Shown: positions 1-12,204 of the stretch, in pieces
How positions within the stretch are numbered: position 1 is the first letter of the stretch
How the letters are laid out: every line of letters begins with the position of its first letter
Source of the DNA: Oopsacas minuta
Taxonomy: Eukaryota > Animalia > Porifera
Length of the DNA: 64,000 nucleotides
Direction: 5' to 3'
NCBI GenBank assembly: GCA_024704765.1
Contig: JAKMXF010000199.1
Location: 124,001-188,000, forward strand
Made by a program: the position numbers and the translations under genes
The notes under the pieces: model-generated
Told to the model about the DNA's origin: nothing
Database searches by the model: none
What the model saw: the letters and a program-made list of their open reading frames with translations, nothing else

Positions 1-664
1 ACAGATTTACTACCATGACAGTTTTACTACCTTTACTACGTACTAGTGCCATGGATACTCTATATCCATGACAGAGTTTCTACCTTACATGACAGAATTA
101 TTACCCTTTGATCATGACATTAAATCGTAATACTCAACTCTTAGTTCTTATCACACTGATAATAATGCATTTTCAATATTTCTTTGTTTCTGCTCTCGAA
201 TTATATTACATAACTAGGCATAAGCAAGATAATTTTTCTTTTTCGTATGAACAGTTTTCTTCTACGCATTTAATATGAAATTGGACTGAGTTCGTTGTAC
301 CAAACCAGAATTTGGTTTGACATGGGCCCTATGAGAAAGTTGCCCAACTATTTCCTCTATTTTAATTACTTAGCGAATTAAAATTCATATTTTATTTTAT
401 TTTGAATATATATTGCTATCCTATTTAGTAAAAGTAACAATTTCGAAATAGATGAAGTGAGTAGACATATTGCTATTAATTTAACCCCAGGGCAGGAACA
501 AAGAAACCATTGAAAATGCATTATCATCAGTATGATAATAACTAAGAGCTGAGTTATACGATTTAATGTCATGATCAAAGGGTAATAATTCTGTAATGTA
601 AAGTAGGAACTCTGTCATAGATATAGAGTATCCATGGTACCGGCAATAGAGGTAGTAAATCTGT
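1..664. repeat. Foldback/MITE-like long inverted repeat (arms ~1-177 and ~510-664; left arm probably extends beyond the window)
   Basis: The reverse complement of 1-177 aligns to 510-664 (e.g. acagatttactacc / ggtagtaaatctgt). The arms carry repeated CATGACA(G) motifs. No ORF. Confidence 0.75.
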
Positions 665-938
665 CATACAACAGACCTAACAAAGCCCCTTACTTACAGT
701 TACGAATGTGAGTAATGAGATTAGCCCAGGAATGGCTAATTGGGAGCTACCCTCCAACGAGTTCTCTCATATGTTTTCTAATAAGCTGCCAACCGATTAA
801 CAGCGAACAGCCGCGAAACAATTCAAAATAACTAAATAAGTTTAATGAAAGTAACTCACCCTGGTCTTTTCTATGAGATAGGATCCCTTATGGTCAGAGA
901 AAAGTCGAGATCCAACGACAGTTACTACAAAGCATATG

Positions 939-1004
939 TCCCCTCTTGATATTAGCAACTAAACTGTCTCAAGGGCACGTTTAGTTGCTAATATCAAGAG
1001 GGGA
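939..1004. other. Perfect 26-bp hairpin with 14-nt loop
   Basis: tcccctcttgatattagcaactaaac (939-964) is the exact reverse complement of 979-1004. Confidence 0.85.
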
Positions 1005-1379
1005 TATTGACGACTCTACCTTAACTACGTACCCATTTAAGCATCTCTCACCATACTAGGATCATTAGCTACCTTATCGCCGGAAAAACGCATGCGTAGA
1101 GTATTCAAGGGTTTGATAACTACCTAAAATCTGACCTGAGAAACTGCCTCCAGATATTGAATCATCCCTGTTATCCAGGTAGGCACAGCTAACAAGCTGT
1201 GTGAATTGTCAAAAACTCACGAAGGTTCGAATCTTCAGCCCAGACATCTACTCGCATGAATTACACCTACGAATAAGTGCTAATGCTAGTATCTACAACA
1301 TCTCGCCCGAAAACCAGCTTTTTCTAAAAGGCCCTGTAGGAAGATCAGGTTCCACAGGGCTGGATATCAATACCGTCCC

Positions 1380-2560
1380 AAATACATAGAAAACAAATTT
1401 ATCAATTCAGTTTCTCGTTGGACCTCAAAACGCACGAAACCTTTCACAAATTGACTAACATTCAGTGCGTATATCTGGACCTATATCAGATACTCTCACA
1501 GACCTATATACACCGTTCCGACCTTCAGATTCAAGCCCTTATCATACATCAGGAAATAATGAATTTACTTACCATTCACGCAATTCAGGAGCCGACCTTA
1601 TTGGGCCGATGATATCTTGTCTGCCCCTCTGTTTTACAGAAATCTTCAATATGACCTAGCAGAGATAATCAAAGTGAACTCTTACTATCACCAAGTGACT
1701 AACAGGAGGAAACATCTTCGGACCAGATATGGTGGATTAATCAGAGTCACCAGTAGAACTCTGTCCCAATTCTTCCTCAGAAGGTATTCAACAAATAGAA
1801 TCTGATGCATCACTGCAAAGCTGATGCCGCGATAGAGAAAGTCCAGGTAGAGGCCTTTGTTACCTGTACACTAGAGGAAACCAACTTCATATAAACCTTT
1901 TAGAACTACTCTCGGCATTCTTCGATCTCAATGTTTCGCTGACCAATTTGGAAACACAACTCAATAATCATATAGGCAAGACTGCAATGCCGTTCCTCAA
2001 CAGGAGAAGTTGAACTCACTCTCTCTGTGCCAAGAAGAGATACAACTATGGAAATGAGCTATGGCACTGAGACTGGATGTCCAGACGGAATATATCCATC
2101 GCGTAGCTAGGGTTTGTCGGCAACTACGGCGCAATTGTCAGCAACCCCAGTGGTAACCCCAAAGAGGAAATGTTAGCTACGTACACATCTGAATATATCC
2201 CATGGCGCAAGAATACGATTACTCACGCTCTGTCACGGTAGGAAATAGATCAGAACGATTGGAAACTCTATCCAGGGAAATTTCAAAATGATTACTCTGC
2301 ACTTTGCAATCCAAACATTATCGATATCTTCGCCAGCAGGACGAACAATCAACTACTGACATATTTCAGCTGGAAAAGGATCTGAACAACTGGGAAATCA
2401 ATGCCTTTACGCTGATTTGTGGAAACCTTGGCACCCAGTACCCATTCCCATCATGGATTCTAATTGGGAAACTCTATAGAAAGTGAAAGCAGAACAGTTG
2501 GAAGAAGTTATATTAATTGCTCCCCTCTGGAAAACAGGGGTGGATTAGCCCGACACACCG
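1380..2560 (+). pseudogene. Decayed DIRS-like tyrosine-recombinase retrotransposon pol region (RT, RNase H, methyltransferase-like domain)
   Basis: Broken frames give SAP-x-FTEIF (DIRS RT SAPRVFTK), LHINLLELLSAFF (RNase H HINxLELxA) and EYIP..NTITHALSR..DWKL..IDIFASRTNNQL.TYFSW..PFPSWILIGK..EEVILIAPLWK (DIRS MT-like domain). Many stops and frameshifts. Confidence 0.72.
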
Positions 2561-3079
2561 GGAAGTTCCCGATGGGCAAGTTTGATAGGAGTCGTAGTGT
2601 CTGCAGCAGACCCTGGTTGTGGATTGTGGTTTTTAAATCTCCATGTGAGTCCTAGTGTTTATTTCACCCATACTAGACAAACTTTGCCAAACATATCCCA
2701 GGACAAAAGGCTTGTATTCCCTACAAAGTAGATATTTCCCCTTGATATTAGTAGAGAGGTCAAGCCATAAATTTCCGATCGATCTATACGCTCGCTGATT
2801 AAACTGGATGAGAGAGAACATGCTTTGAAGAAGGAACAATCAAGAATTATTTGTGGTATATTTTGAATTTACGATTATGAACCTGTACAACTCTTTTGTG
2901 ATGGTTTGCCAAAATCGAAGTCGGTGTGCCCCACCCTATTTAAATTAGCCCTATTATTATACATTATATATATATTTTTGCATACTTATCATGAGACTAT
3001 CTCAACATATATTTCAGATAGCCAAAATGTCTAGACATTTAACTCGCTCGCTCTGCTCTATTTTTTATGGAATATTTAC

Positions 3080-4970
3080 AATTTATCACATAGCACACTA
3101 GTAATACTCCATTTCCTCTTTTCTGGCCAAATCAGCTTCTAGAATATCATTGTCTCCACAGCTGCTAATTAATAATATTTTTAATTTCTCTATATTGATG
3201 CTGTACGTATGCTTGCTGATTTATTATTTTATCAAGATAGAATCTATTATTGTGTTCCATTTCACAATATAGAGCACTTTCAATTGGACTACATTTCACA
3301 ATATAGTCCAATTGAAAATGGTAGGAAGGTGGCTAGCATTTGAATTATCCGAGGTTCGGGTATATGCACTGTATGTTTGTGAGATGAATTGGTCATAACA
3401 TTAATGGTTGTCAAGTTATTCGTAAATAATAAAAAAATATGTAATCCATGGTAACTACTATAACTCTGCAACGTGCCTTATTTATCTGACTATTATTTTT
3501 ATTTATATGGAAACATTTTCAGATCGAATGTAAATTTTGAATCATCACTTCGTGATTGTTTGTTACATATTCCTTGACACTTTGCAAAACGAATTCTAAA
3601 TATTTTCTTGAAATCCTTGTCTCCTAGTGTATCTTCAGCATCAGTTGTGGCAACGAGATTTAATGTGTGATGCGCATCGCTGGTGTGGAGGGAGATGATA
3701 CATATTCTCAGTTGAACATTCCTCATTTATCATGTCTTCCAAATTATCGAATCTAATTAAACAATACATATGGATAAAAGTACTCCCTCATGACACGAAG
3801 ATAAGTACGTCTTAACCGACTATTTTCCCAGGGGTGCCAAAACTAGGGGCCTAGTGTGGGTTCTACCCATCCTGATATTTTTAGATAGATTTTACCTACC
3901 ATAGTTTGTCAAATATTTAGATTAATTTATTTAAATGCATATTGATCCAAATAATTGACGTATAAGAATCCCTCGCCTTGGTGTGGGCACGTACCTGAAA
4001 GTTTTTTGGCATATTAGTATACTTGTACGGCGTATTTTATTTACAATTTCATGATGTCTATTGAGGTTCAAATGTTTTCCACCACCCCTGACCAAAGTTA
4101 GTTCTGACAACTATAATTCTCCTAAACAATTAGTACAATTGATAATCCATTTTCAAGAAACGCACATACTAATCTAGATATGCATCAACCGAGTTCTAAT
4201 GTTATAAGGGCATACCTTACATCTTCATCTGTACCATCAGAACGATATTGTGGATATTCGTTAGAGACAACTCTAAAGACCTTGGCGAAATTCCTGCTAT
4301 TATCAGTAACCGTTCCGATACATATATTTTTGTATGTGAAATTCCCTGAGCTATATTCTATATAATAGGCTAATGCATCATATGTTTTCTTTTTTAAAAT
4401 CTTGAAAAGATAGAGCAGCTGTATTCGATTCATAATTTCATCAATCAATATGCAGTAATTCCTAGATACGAATGAAGAGCGAAACTTAATAGATCGGTCG
4501 TTACATGATCTTAATCAAGTCCAGAAAAACTACTTATTAGTTTGGACTTCATAGTATCGGATCTATCTGTCATTATTTAAATAAAAGTTTAGTAATTCAA
4601 CACAAGTTTACTATATTGCAAATACCAAATTAAATAGTTTAAATCTTCCTTCTCTTACTATTGTGAATGCTTGTCCATTCTCGATATAAAATCGAATACA
4701 CGATTATCGATAACAGCTTGGGTTACAGTGTTGAATTCCGTCTTTAAAGGAATCAAAAATTTTCGCTTGGTTTGAAAAAGTGCATCTTCAAAATCATCTC
4801 CTTTTCTTTTTGTCCGGCGGTTATTTATTCGACTTTCGAAAATAGAAATACTAGATCTGTGTGCACGTTGGAGATGACGCTTGAGATTGAAAATTGATCG
4901 GAAACCACAAGAAAGAATGGTTTGTCTCGGATAACATAGAACGCATTGAATTTGAACTTTGCTCTATCAG
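3080..4970 (-). pseudogene. Decayed Tol2-like hAT transposase with BED zinc finger
   Basis: Minus-strand fragments occur in order: VQIQCVLCYPRQTILSCGFRSIFNLKRHLQRAH (BED), VTQAVIDNRVFDF..ENGQAFTIV, TYDALA...TVTDNSRNFAKVFR, HHTLNLVATTDAEDTLGDKDFKKIFRIRFAKCQGICNKQSRS, AAVE...PEKR. The middle two closely parallel Tol2 (TTTDSGSNFMKAFR; CHLLNLVSSVDAQKAL...FGKCQALWNKSSRS). Confidence 0.8.
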
Positions 4971-7900
4971 ATGTCGCTTCCTCTGTAGATTCCCCGATTA
5001 GTACAAAGAAGTCCCTCAATTATTCAAAATGATTCATATCAACTCTGCTGATTAGTTTGCTAATTTATAAATAAGATAGATTATGGAGGAGCTGAGATAA
5101 ACAATTGAAAATCAAATAATGGCTAATATATTGGAAATTGTACTTATTAGAAATTTTAATGGTAGTATTTAGTAATTGGAGGCTAAAAAATTTAACATAC
5201 TACGCTCCTCAATCAGAATTTATTTGTTTTACATTCAATTCTAGACAATAATAAGTAAAGAATGATTGGGTAAAATTCACTTGTGTAGGAGCGGTGCTCC
5301 GGGTGCGCGCTCTTCCAAAAAAGTAGCGCTCTCCGTTAACGTTCTGCTAGTAATACATTTTGAAATGATAACTCTTAACTTATTGCATAACCTTAAAAAT
5401 GGCCATGTGCGGGTATTTTCCCGATTGTATCACATTGGTTGTGGTTATTTTATCAAAATGTGTTACTAGGGTTTTGGAAGTCGGGTATATACTATAAATT
5501 GCCTCATAGCTATTAAACTACGACTATATATGCTGACGAATCATAAAAATAAGAGTCCAATTTTATAATTCTCATAAAAGAAAATTAGGCCTCTAATTTT
5601 TGCGAATTGAACCGTTTTAGTAACAAATTCAGGAAAGTAATTGAAATTCCTTAGAAGTTCAAACAACCATCCTTCATCTTGTTATGCCGCATTTATACAA
5701 TGATGTCATTATTTGTACATCTTGAGTATTATTTCATCTTTTTCCAGGACAATAAATCTATCCAAATTGATCCTGGGTGCTTAAATTTTTTCATTTTCTT
5801 CACAATCAAAATTAATACAGCTTCAAATTTGTTTATCGGATTTCATCTCACAAAATTTTACGTTTATTCTCATTATTTAGAGCAAATAACTCATCAATGT
5901 ATTTTGAATTGATATATACAATTTTGGTATCAGTTCGTTATGCTATTCAAATATATGGAATATACTATTGGCTTTCAAGGAATCATTAGTTTCACTTTAT
6001 ATGACGATTTCACAATTATAATTACAATTCTTTTTAATGGCTTTTCATCGTATTTTGAAGTATTTATTCTTAGAGACATTGAAACTAAACCGATTACTTA
6101 CTATTGAGGCACTGTACCCCCCATTGAGCTCTAATATAGAACGTTGTCAAAATTGTGATTGTCACATTTACATATTTGTATTTGTCTATATTCGAATATA
6201 TTATGATTATTTCGGACCACAAATCACTTTTTGTAAAAAATTAAGATAAACATTTATGACGTCATAGTTTTTAAACTTCAATGTTGATGACATCACCAAT
6301 ATATCACTTCGCTTTTCAAGGCTATATAAATTCGTGCTATGTAATCTACCGTCAGCTAAGTAATGTGGGCTTTCGCTTAAGTTCAGAAAATGGATCAGGG
6401 ATTTGTTACCAGACCAGGTAATAAAGCTAAGCGGTTTTGCTCGAAGAAATGTATATATTGTACCAAGAATATATAATATGAAATGATGTTTGAGGACTCA
6501 AGAGTTACGGTAGAAACCAATATAGCACATATTATATCCAAATATGACTCGAAAAGAATAATAATAATTACCAATTGATCTAGCAATTCATATTGCAAAA
6601 TCGACTTTGCATAGTTCAAAGCATTATCCTGAAATCTGTATTGGGGTAGATAAGGTAAACGTAAACGTGAATATCAATGCATTCCAGTGGTTATGGAGAT
6701 TTTTGGTTTGCTGGGAGTATGTATGAAAAACTCGGATAGAATGAGGCGCATATCAAATGTACATAACGAGAGGTGGACAAAAGAAAATATGTGAGAACAG
6801 TAATATATATAAGAGAGAGGATGAAAATTCGTATAGCGAAACCTGTAAAAGAACGTGGAATCTAAAAAGGAGCAATCCCACAATTTATAACAGATTGTAA
6901 TGTAAAAATATTGTATTGCAGATCTGTATAAGAACATGGAATGTAAGAAAGGGTCAATTGCAAACTGGTAAGAGACTGAAATGTAAAATGTTGTATGTCA
7001 AATCTCCATAATACATAGTACAATGGCAAATTTGTCTAGATATAAGTAAAAATGCACAGAAAAATACTTTGTACTTGAAATATATATATATATAATTGTC
7101 TTGCAAGTTCCAATCTGACAACTAAGCGACTCGTTAGATTGCGAGTGCTGATAACAGATTCCTTTTGTGAACAACGCTTAGAGCCTTCTAGAAATGTATT
7201 TATTGCAAATCTTGTTAAAGTTAGACCAAAATTATTGTCAATCATTGTTTCCAAACACTGATCGGCTATGGCTACGTTTGGATAAAATATGTACCATACC
7301 CATTTCAAAATTAATTAATCGTTCAAATTTGTTTAGGATAGACATGTTGACCATGTTTGGTCAAATTGTCAATAAACGACGGAAAGATCTCTGGAGACAT
7401 GCTGGTAAAGCTATATCACCACAGCTTTAGAAACCCTATGATACATCATAATTATGTCTGAATATACTCACGTGTATGCATCCGCAACCACAGTAATATC
7501 ACCAAATCTTTGCCCAAACCTTTTGTTGCTATCCATCTACTTTTATTGCTACTAATGAGAACAGTCCAATATTGTATAATCCGATACCTAACCATTGACG
7601 GAGGTTAGACTGTGGTAAATAGGTTGCATTCCATGAATAATTACAAAGAGACAAGGATTATGGATTCATAAAACATAGTCACTACAACATAAAAACAGGG
7701 ATTTGAAATATACAGGCGGTAAGATAGTAAGTGAGATATAGCTGGTCGTTTCTGCTGTGTGGCCCGAAGTAGAAAATGTTCATGCTGAGTGGACCAAGGA
7801 GAATAATGTCTTAAGCGAGCAATCAGAAATAAGTATGTGTTGTTCAGTGTTCTTTCCTTAGCATTCTACACATAACTTGTTTGATATTTTGGGAAATTCT

Positions 7901-8107
7901 ATAATAGCTGAAAATAAGAAACTGGTCCATTTCGCCCGAATAAATGTATTATTGATATGAAAGAATTCACGCATTTTCAGATCGAAGTGGCGTCATTTGT
8001 TAGTGTAATTGGCAAATCTATATTATAAAATCTCAATTGTTGTCTGTCAGTTTATCTGTTTTTTGTTTGTTGTTAAGCAAAGGATAATTTTGTTTGCCGC
8101 ATCGCTA

Positions 8108-8757
8108 TGTATTTATCGTTTTTATCAAGAAGTAATTAGAATTCAATAAAACTTCACTAAATATATCGAACATACTGAATCCAATTTTCACACTTTTGCA
8201 TTAATCACATGTATATTTATTGTTGTTTTTATGTATATAAAGTAATCTCAAAATATATATATACAGGTCTGTTCTAACACAGGGGTAAAACAGTACGCTG
8301 AATCCGAATTTCGCATTTTCAAGTTTCTCATATGTAAATTTACTGTTGTTTTTATGAATATCAAGTTAACGAATTCAAATTGAGGTAGAATCATACTTTC
8401 AACTACTATACTGGGGTAATCAAGTATGCTGAATCCGAATATGGTATAGTAAACAACATTTTGTGGATATTTGTTTACTTTTAGATACATAGAGCAATTA
8501 AATAGTGTTGTAGAAACATGCTTTCAGTGGTTATACTGAGGTAATCGAGTATCCTGAGTCCGAATATAGTATTGTAAACAGCAATATTATTAAACCTCAA
8601 TTGTTGTTTTTATGAATAGGCTTGCTATAAACCGTTACCCTGGGATAACTAAGTATGTTGAATACAATTTTTCGTTTTCAAGGTTCTCTTATCTAAATTT
8701 ATTGTTTTTTATGAATATAATGTAAACAAATTAGCAAAATCTCAAAATATACGTAGA
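8108..8757. repeat. Non-coding element with five diverged ~105-130 bp subrepeats
   Basis: A core resembling GGGGTAATCAAGTATGCTGAATCCGAAT recurs near 8172, 8295, 8426, 8550 and 8655. Related copies at 53229-53396 and, inverted, near 12630-12675. Confidence 0.6.
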
Positions 8758-9245
8758 TATTGCTCTCAACGCCACAAAGGGGGGTTGATCTTACAAAATA
8801 TTTCAAAAATACATATATGTAATATACGTATATTTGTGAATTACATTGTTCTAAATATATCTATATTATAATTCTCAAAGGCGCCGTAAATTTGGAGAAT
8901 AATGGATACACCGAGGCACAATGCGCCAAGTTAATCGCAAAAGGCTCGTAGTAATTAAATCTTCTACCGTCCATTACTTATGCTATACCCTGTATATATA
9001 CACACATATATGTACAAATAAATTGCGTTTTAATAATATTGATATTCAAAAGAATGTTTCATCCATGTTCCATACTGTAAGTTAAGAACGATCCAACTTT
9101 ATCATGACACTTTTTGATATTTAGCACAAAATTTATATAGCTCATGCCATACACTAACTTTGACATGAGAGATGCTTATGCGACTATCCCTTTTTGTTTC
9201 CTTAGCCCATCATACTATGAATATTTTATTTTGTGTTACTTTTAG

Positions 9246-9608
9246 GCTTCATTACCTCCATTTTCTCCAGAATTGATAATATCAAAAATGGATGCTTCAG
9301 AGGATCTTATCTGGGATCCGAATTATTTTGAAGATTCCGAATTGCAAATGTATCTTAGAGCCACAAGAAGTGTTGCAATGCATGCAGGTTGGTGTCTAAG
9401 AGGCAGAATAGAAGATGGCCTAATGGCCATGCAAAGTGATTTATTAACACAGCAATCATATGACCTCCTCCATAATTCAGGATACTGTACTCGAAAAGCT
9501 TTAAAAAGCCTAGTGGATTTTCCTAATGCTTATGATATGATTTATGACAAAACCTGGTGTAGAGAAGAAATTCTGAACTTTCAGAAAGGGATTAAAAAAT
9601 ATGGAAAG
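9246..9608 (+). CDS. RERE: RERE/Atrophin-2-like corepressor, internal exon (ELM2 C-terminal part and start of SANT)
   Basis: ASLP...EDLIWDP...LQMYLRATRSVAMHAGWC...LLHNSGY..RKALKSLV...KTWCREEILNFQKGIKKYGK parallels RERE AKLP...EELVWMP...LLMYLRAARSMAAFAGMC...TLHESGYDAGKALQRLV...WTEDEVKRFVKGLRQYGK. Acceptor ttttag at 9244-45; phase-0 donor GT at 9609. Confidence 0.9.
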
Positions 9609-9909
9609 GTGGTTTATTATTCATTCTTACATTCTCGTTTATTTATTTGTTAATTATCACATATTTGCTAGGTTCTTATTTTCTTTTTTGTCGAAATGCA
9701 TATATTAGCAAAACTTGGATATACAATACAGCAGACTTGCATATTCTATACTCTCAAGTAGAAAATACAAGTCCCGCACCATGGTATGTAAAATTGAATA
9801 ACTTGCCAACTCCCCTTATTATATTATTCTATATAATCCTATCATTTATATATTTCAAGCCCTGTCATTTATCTTTTCTTCCTCATCTCGAAAATCTGAT
9901 TCTCTAGAT

Positions 9910-12204
9910 CAGGCTTGTCCAACCTTTTTTGTTCGCGGGCCAAATGAGGGCTTCTTTATCTACTTGAGGGCCGCACGACATTGGATATATCAAGGTAGCA
10001 TGATGTTATTTATTTGGGGATGGCGTTAATACGGATTATTTCAGAATTGAAAATCACTACATGTATTATTTAATTATAGTAAACTTTAATGATAAAGAAC
10101 ATATCTAATGGGATATCTGACTTTGTTTTTGTTTACACAAAGAGTCAATATCTGCTCGTACACTTGATGTCGCAATCCGTAATATTCCTGATAGATGAGT
10201 GTCTATCAGGAGTGATCTAGACTTGCTTTTAACATTTTTCATCATTGAGAAAAGCTGTTCACAGCAATACGTGCTGCCAAATAAGGAAACGAACCTAAGG
10301 GCGTGTTGCGATAAATTAGGAAATAGATCCGATGTAACATATTGACCATAAAATATCAGAAGGTCATGCTCTGCAAAGGCTCTCTTTCTCTCCGAGTTAT
10401 TTTGTATTCCAATTAGTTCCAGTTGGAACATTTCAGGAGCATTAGTGGCATCAGTTCCAAACGGATCTGCAAACAACTCCATTTCATCGAATTTGTCACT
10501 AAAATCAGAAAATCTTAGTTTAAATTCATCGATTAAGCTGTTGATCAGTGCAGAATACTTGTCATGGTTCACTGTCTCACTTTTTCTTGAAGATAATGTT
10601 GAGAAATGTACCATCTTTTTCAAAATAAATTGTTGGTGGACTAATTGTAATTTGTTGATGAACGCTTTGACATGCTCATACAGGTTGTTAACGAATTGTT
10701 TTCTTCCTTGTAGTTTCAGATTTAAATCTGCGAGATACTTAGTTATGTCAACTAGAAATGCGAGATCATTCAACCACTGATCATCATCCATTAAGCTCAC
10801 ATCCTTTCCCTTAATGGTCATGAATGTTTTTATTTCTTCAAGTAGTGACCAGTATCTGGCTAGAGTAGACGCTCTGCTGAGCCAGCGAACTTGGCTAAAG
10901 TAAATAACATCGTTATAGTCTGATCCTACCTCTGTAAGAAACGCTTGGAATTGTCTGTGATTGAGTCCCTTCGACTTTATGAAATTGACTGTATTGACGA
11001 CATTTTCCATCACATGTTTCATATCTAAGATTTTTGCACAAAGCTGTTCTTGATGAATAATGCAGTGGTATGCCGTAACAAGAGAGGTCATTGAATTGAG
11101 CATAAGGCTAACAAAACCTTCATGCTTTCCTGTCATAGCAGAGCTCCATCGGTTGTTAAACCACTTAGTTTTTAACCTGCAAGTATGAATCCCGTAACAC
11201 ATGTTTTACTACATTGAAGATATCTTGCCCAGTAGTTCCTCGATTATTTCGAAATTTTCTGTGACACCACGTACAAAGATTGCCAGTTGAGCTGTGTCGC
11301 TAACATCGGTGCTTTCATCAAGGGCCAAGCTGTAAAATTTGCAAGCATTGAGTCGTTTAATTAGTGAAATTTCAATGTTGGATGATAAATCATCTACTCT
11401 TCTAGCAACAGTTTGATGTGACAGACTGATGCTCTCTACTATCGACTTCTTATCTGGGCATGCCACAGATGCAAATATGTCTAAGCAATCTTTTACAAAT
11501 TCCCCTTCAGACAATGGTTTTCCACTCTTGGCTATCGCTTCTGTTATCAGAAAGCTGATCTTTGTTGCTGTCTCAGAACTTAATTTAACGGCTTTGAAGA
11601 AAGATTGTTGACTGTTGATGCTATCCTTCAACAGGTTCACCCGATCGATTCTCACCTGACCTGTAAGCGTGTCAAATGTATCTGCATGTTTAGTAGAGTA
11701 ATGTCGTTTGATATTATACTCTTTGAATACAGCTATCTTCTCCTGACATATCAAGCACAATAAGTATTCGTTGTGTTCTACGACGAAAAAATCTAATGTC
11801 CATGAGGATTTGAAAACTCGACATTCACTATCAATTTTCCTTTTCTTTGTTTTAATCACCGGAGTTGACATATTTGTTTTGTAGTTATTTTAATATTGTT
11901 TAAGATGGTTTATTATTTGGAATTTATATGAGCTGTTCTAGTTGAGAGAAACCCAGTTATGTGACAGATGATTACTCAATCAAAACTAAATTAAAAAGTT
12001 ATTTAAGGATTTTTAAGTTATTGAAATCACACTTTTCTGAAATTGGTTTCATTCAATTTGGTTTTGCAATATTGGGTTTCTCTTAATTGAGTTCGCTCAA
12101 ATAGGTTTCACTCAATTGAATATCGCCACCAACTGGTAACAGTTCCCGAGCATGTTGGCGGGCCGGATAGAATCCTCTCGCGGGCCGTAGGTTGGACAAG
12201 CCTG
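9910..12204 (-). mobile_element. hAT DNA transposon, Buster/SPIN (Charlie) type, full length but frameshifted
   Basis: Perfect 16-bp TIRs caggcttgtccaacct (9910-9925 / 12189-12204). Perfect 8-bp TSD CTCTAGAT (9902-09, 12205-12) with the Buster-type central TA. Confidence 0.95.
10105..11871 (-). pseudogene. Buster/SPIN-type transposase split by a deletion and frameshifts
   Basis: KRKID.ECRVFKSSW, CLIC..YNIKRHY..KH, LALDESTDVSDTAQLAIFVRG, TTDGA, HCIIHQ, VRWLSR, FGSTYCCEQLFS. Frame breaks at ~11140-11240. Confidence 0.9.

Noticed and set aside
3278-3317. 14-bp hairpin as a terminator
   Set aside because: Eukaryotic context inside a decayed transposase; probably a small local duplication-inversion.
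9609-9907. ORF read-through after 9608 and the ORF at 9647-9907
   Set aside because: AT-rich intron sequence after the donor; the homology continues at 17196.
10445-11611. Plus-strand ORFs opposite the Buster transposase, and similar antisense or alternate-frame ORFs over other transposases
   Set aside because: Shadow frames of real coding sequence with no recognisable motifs.
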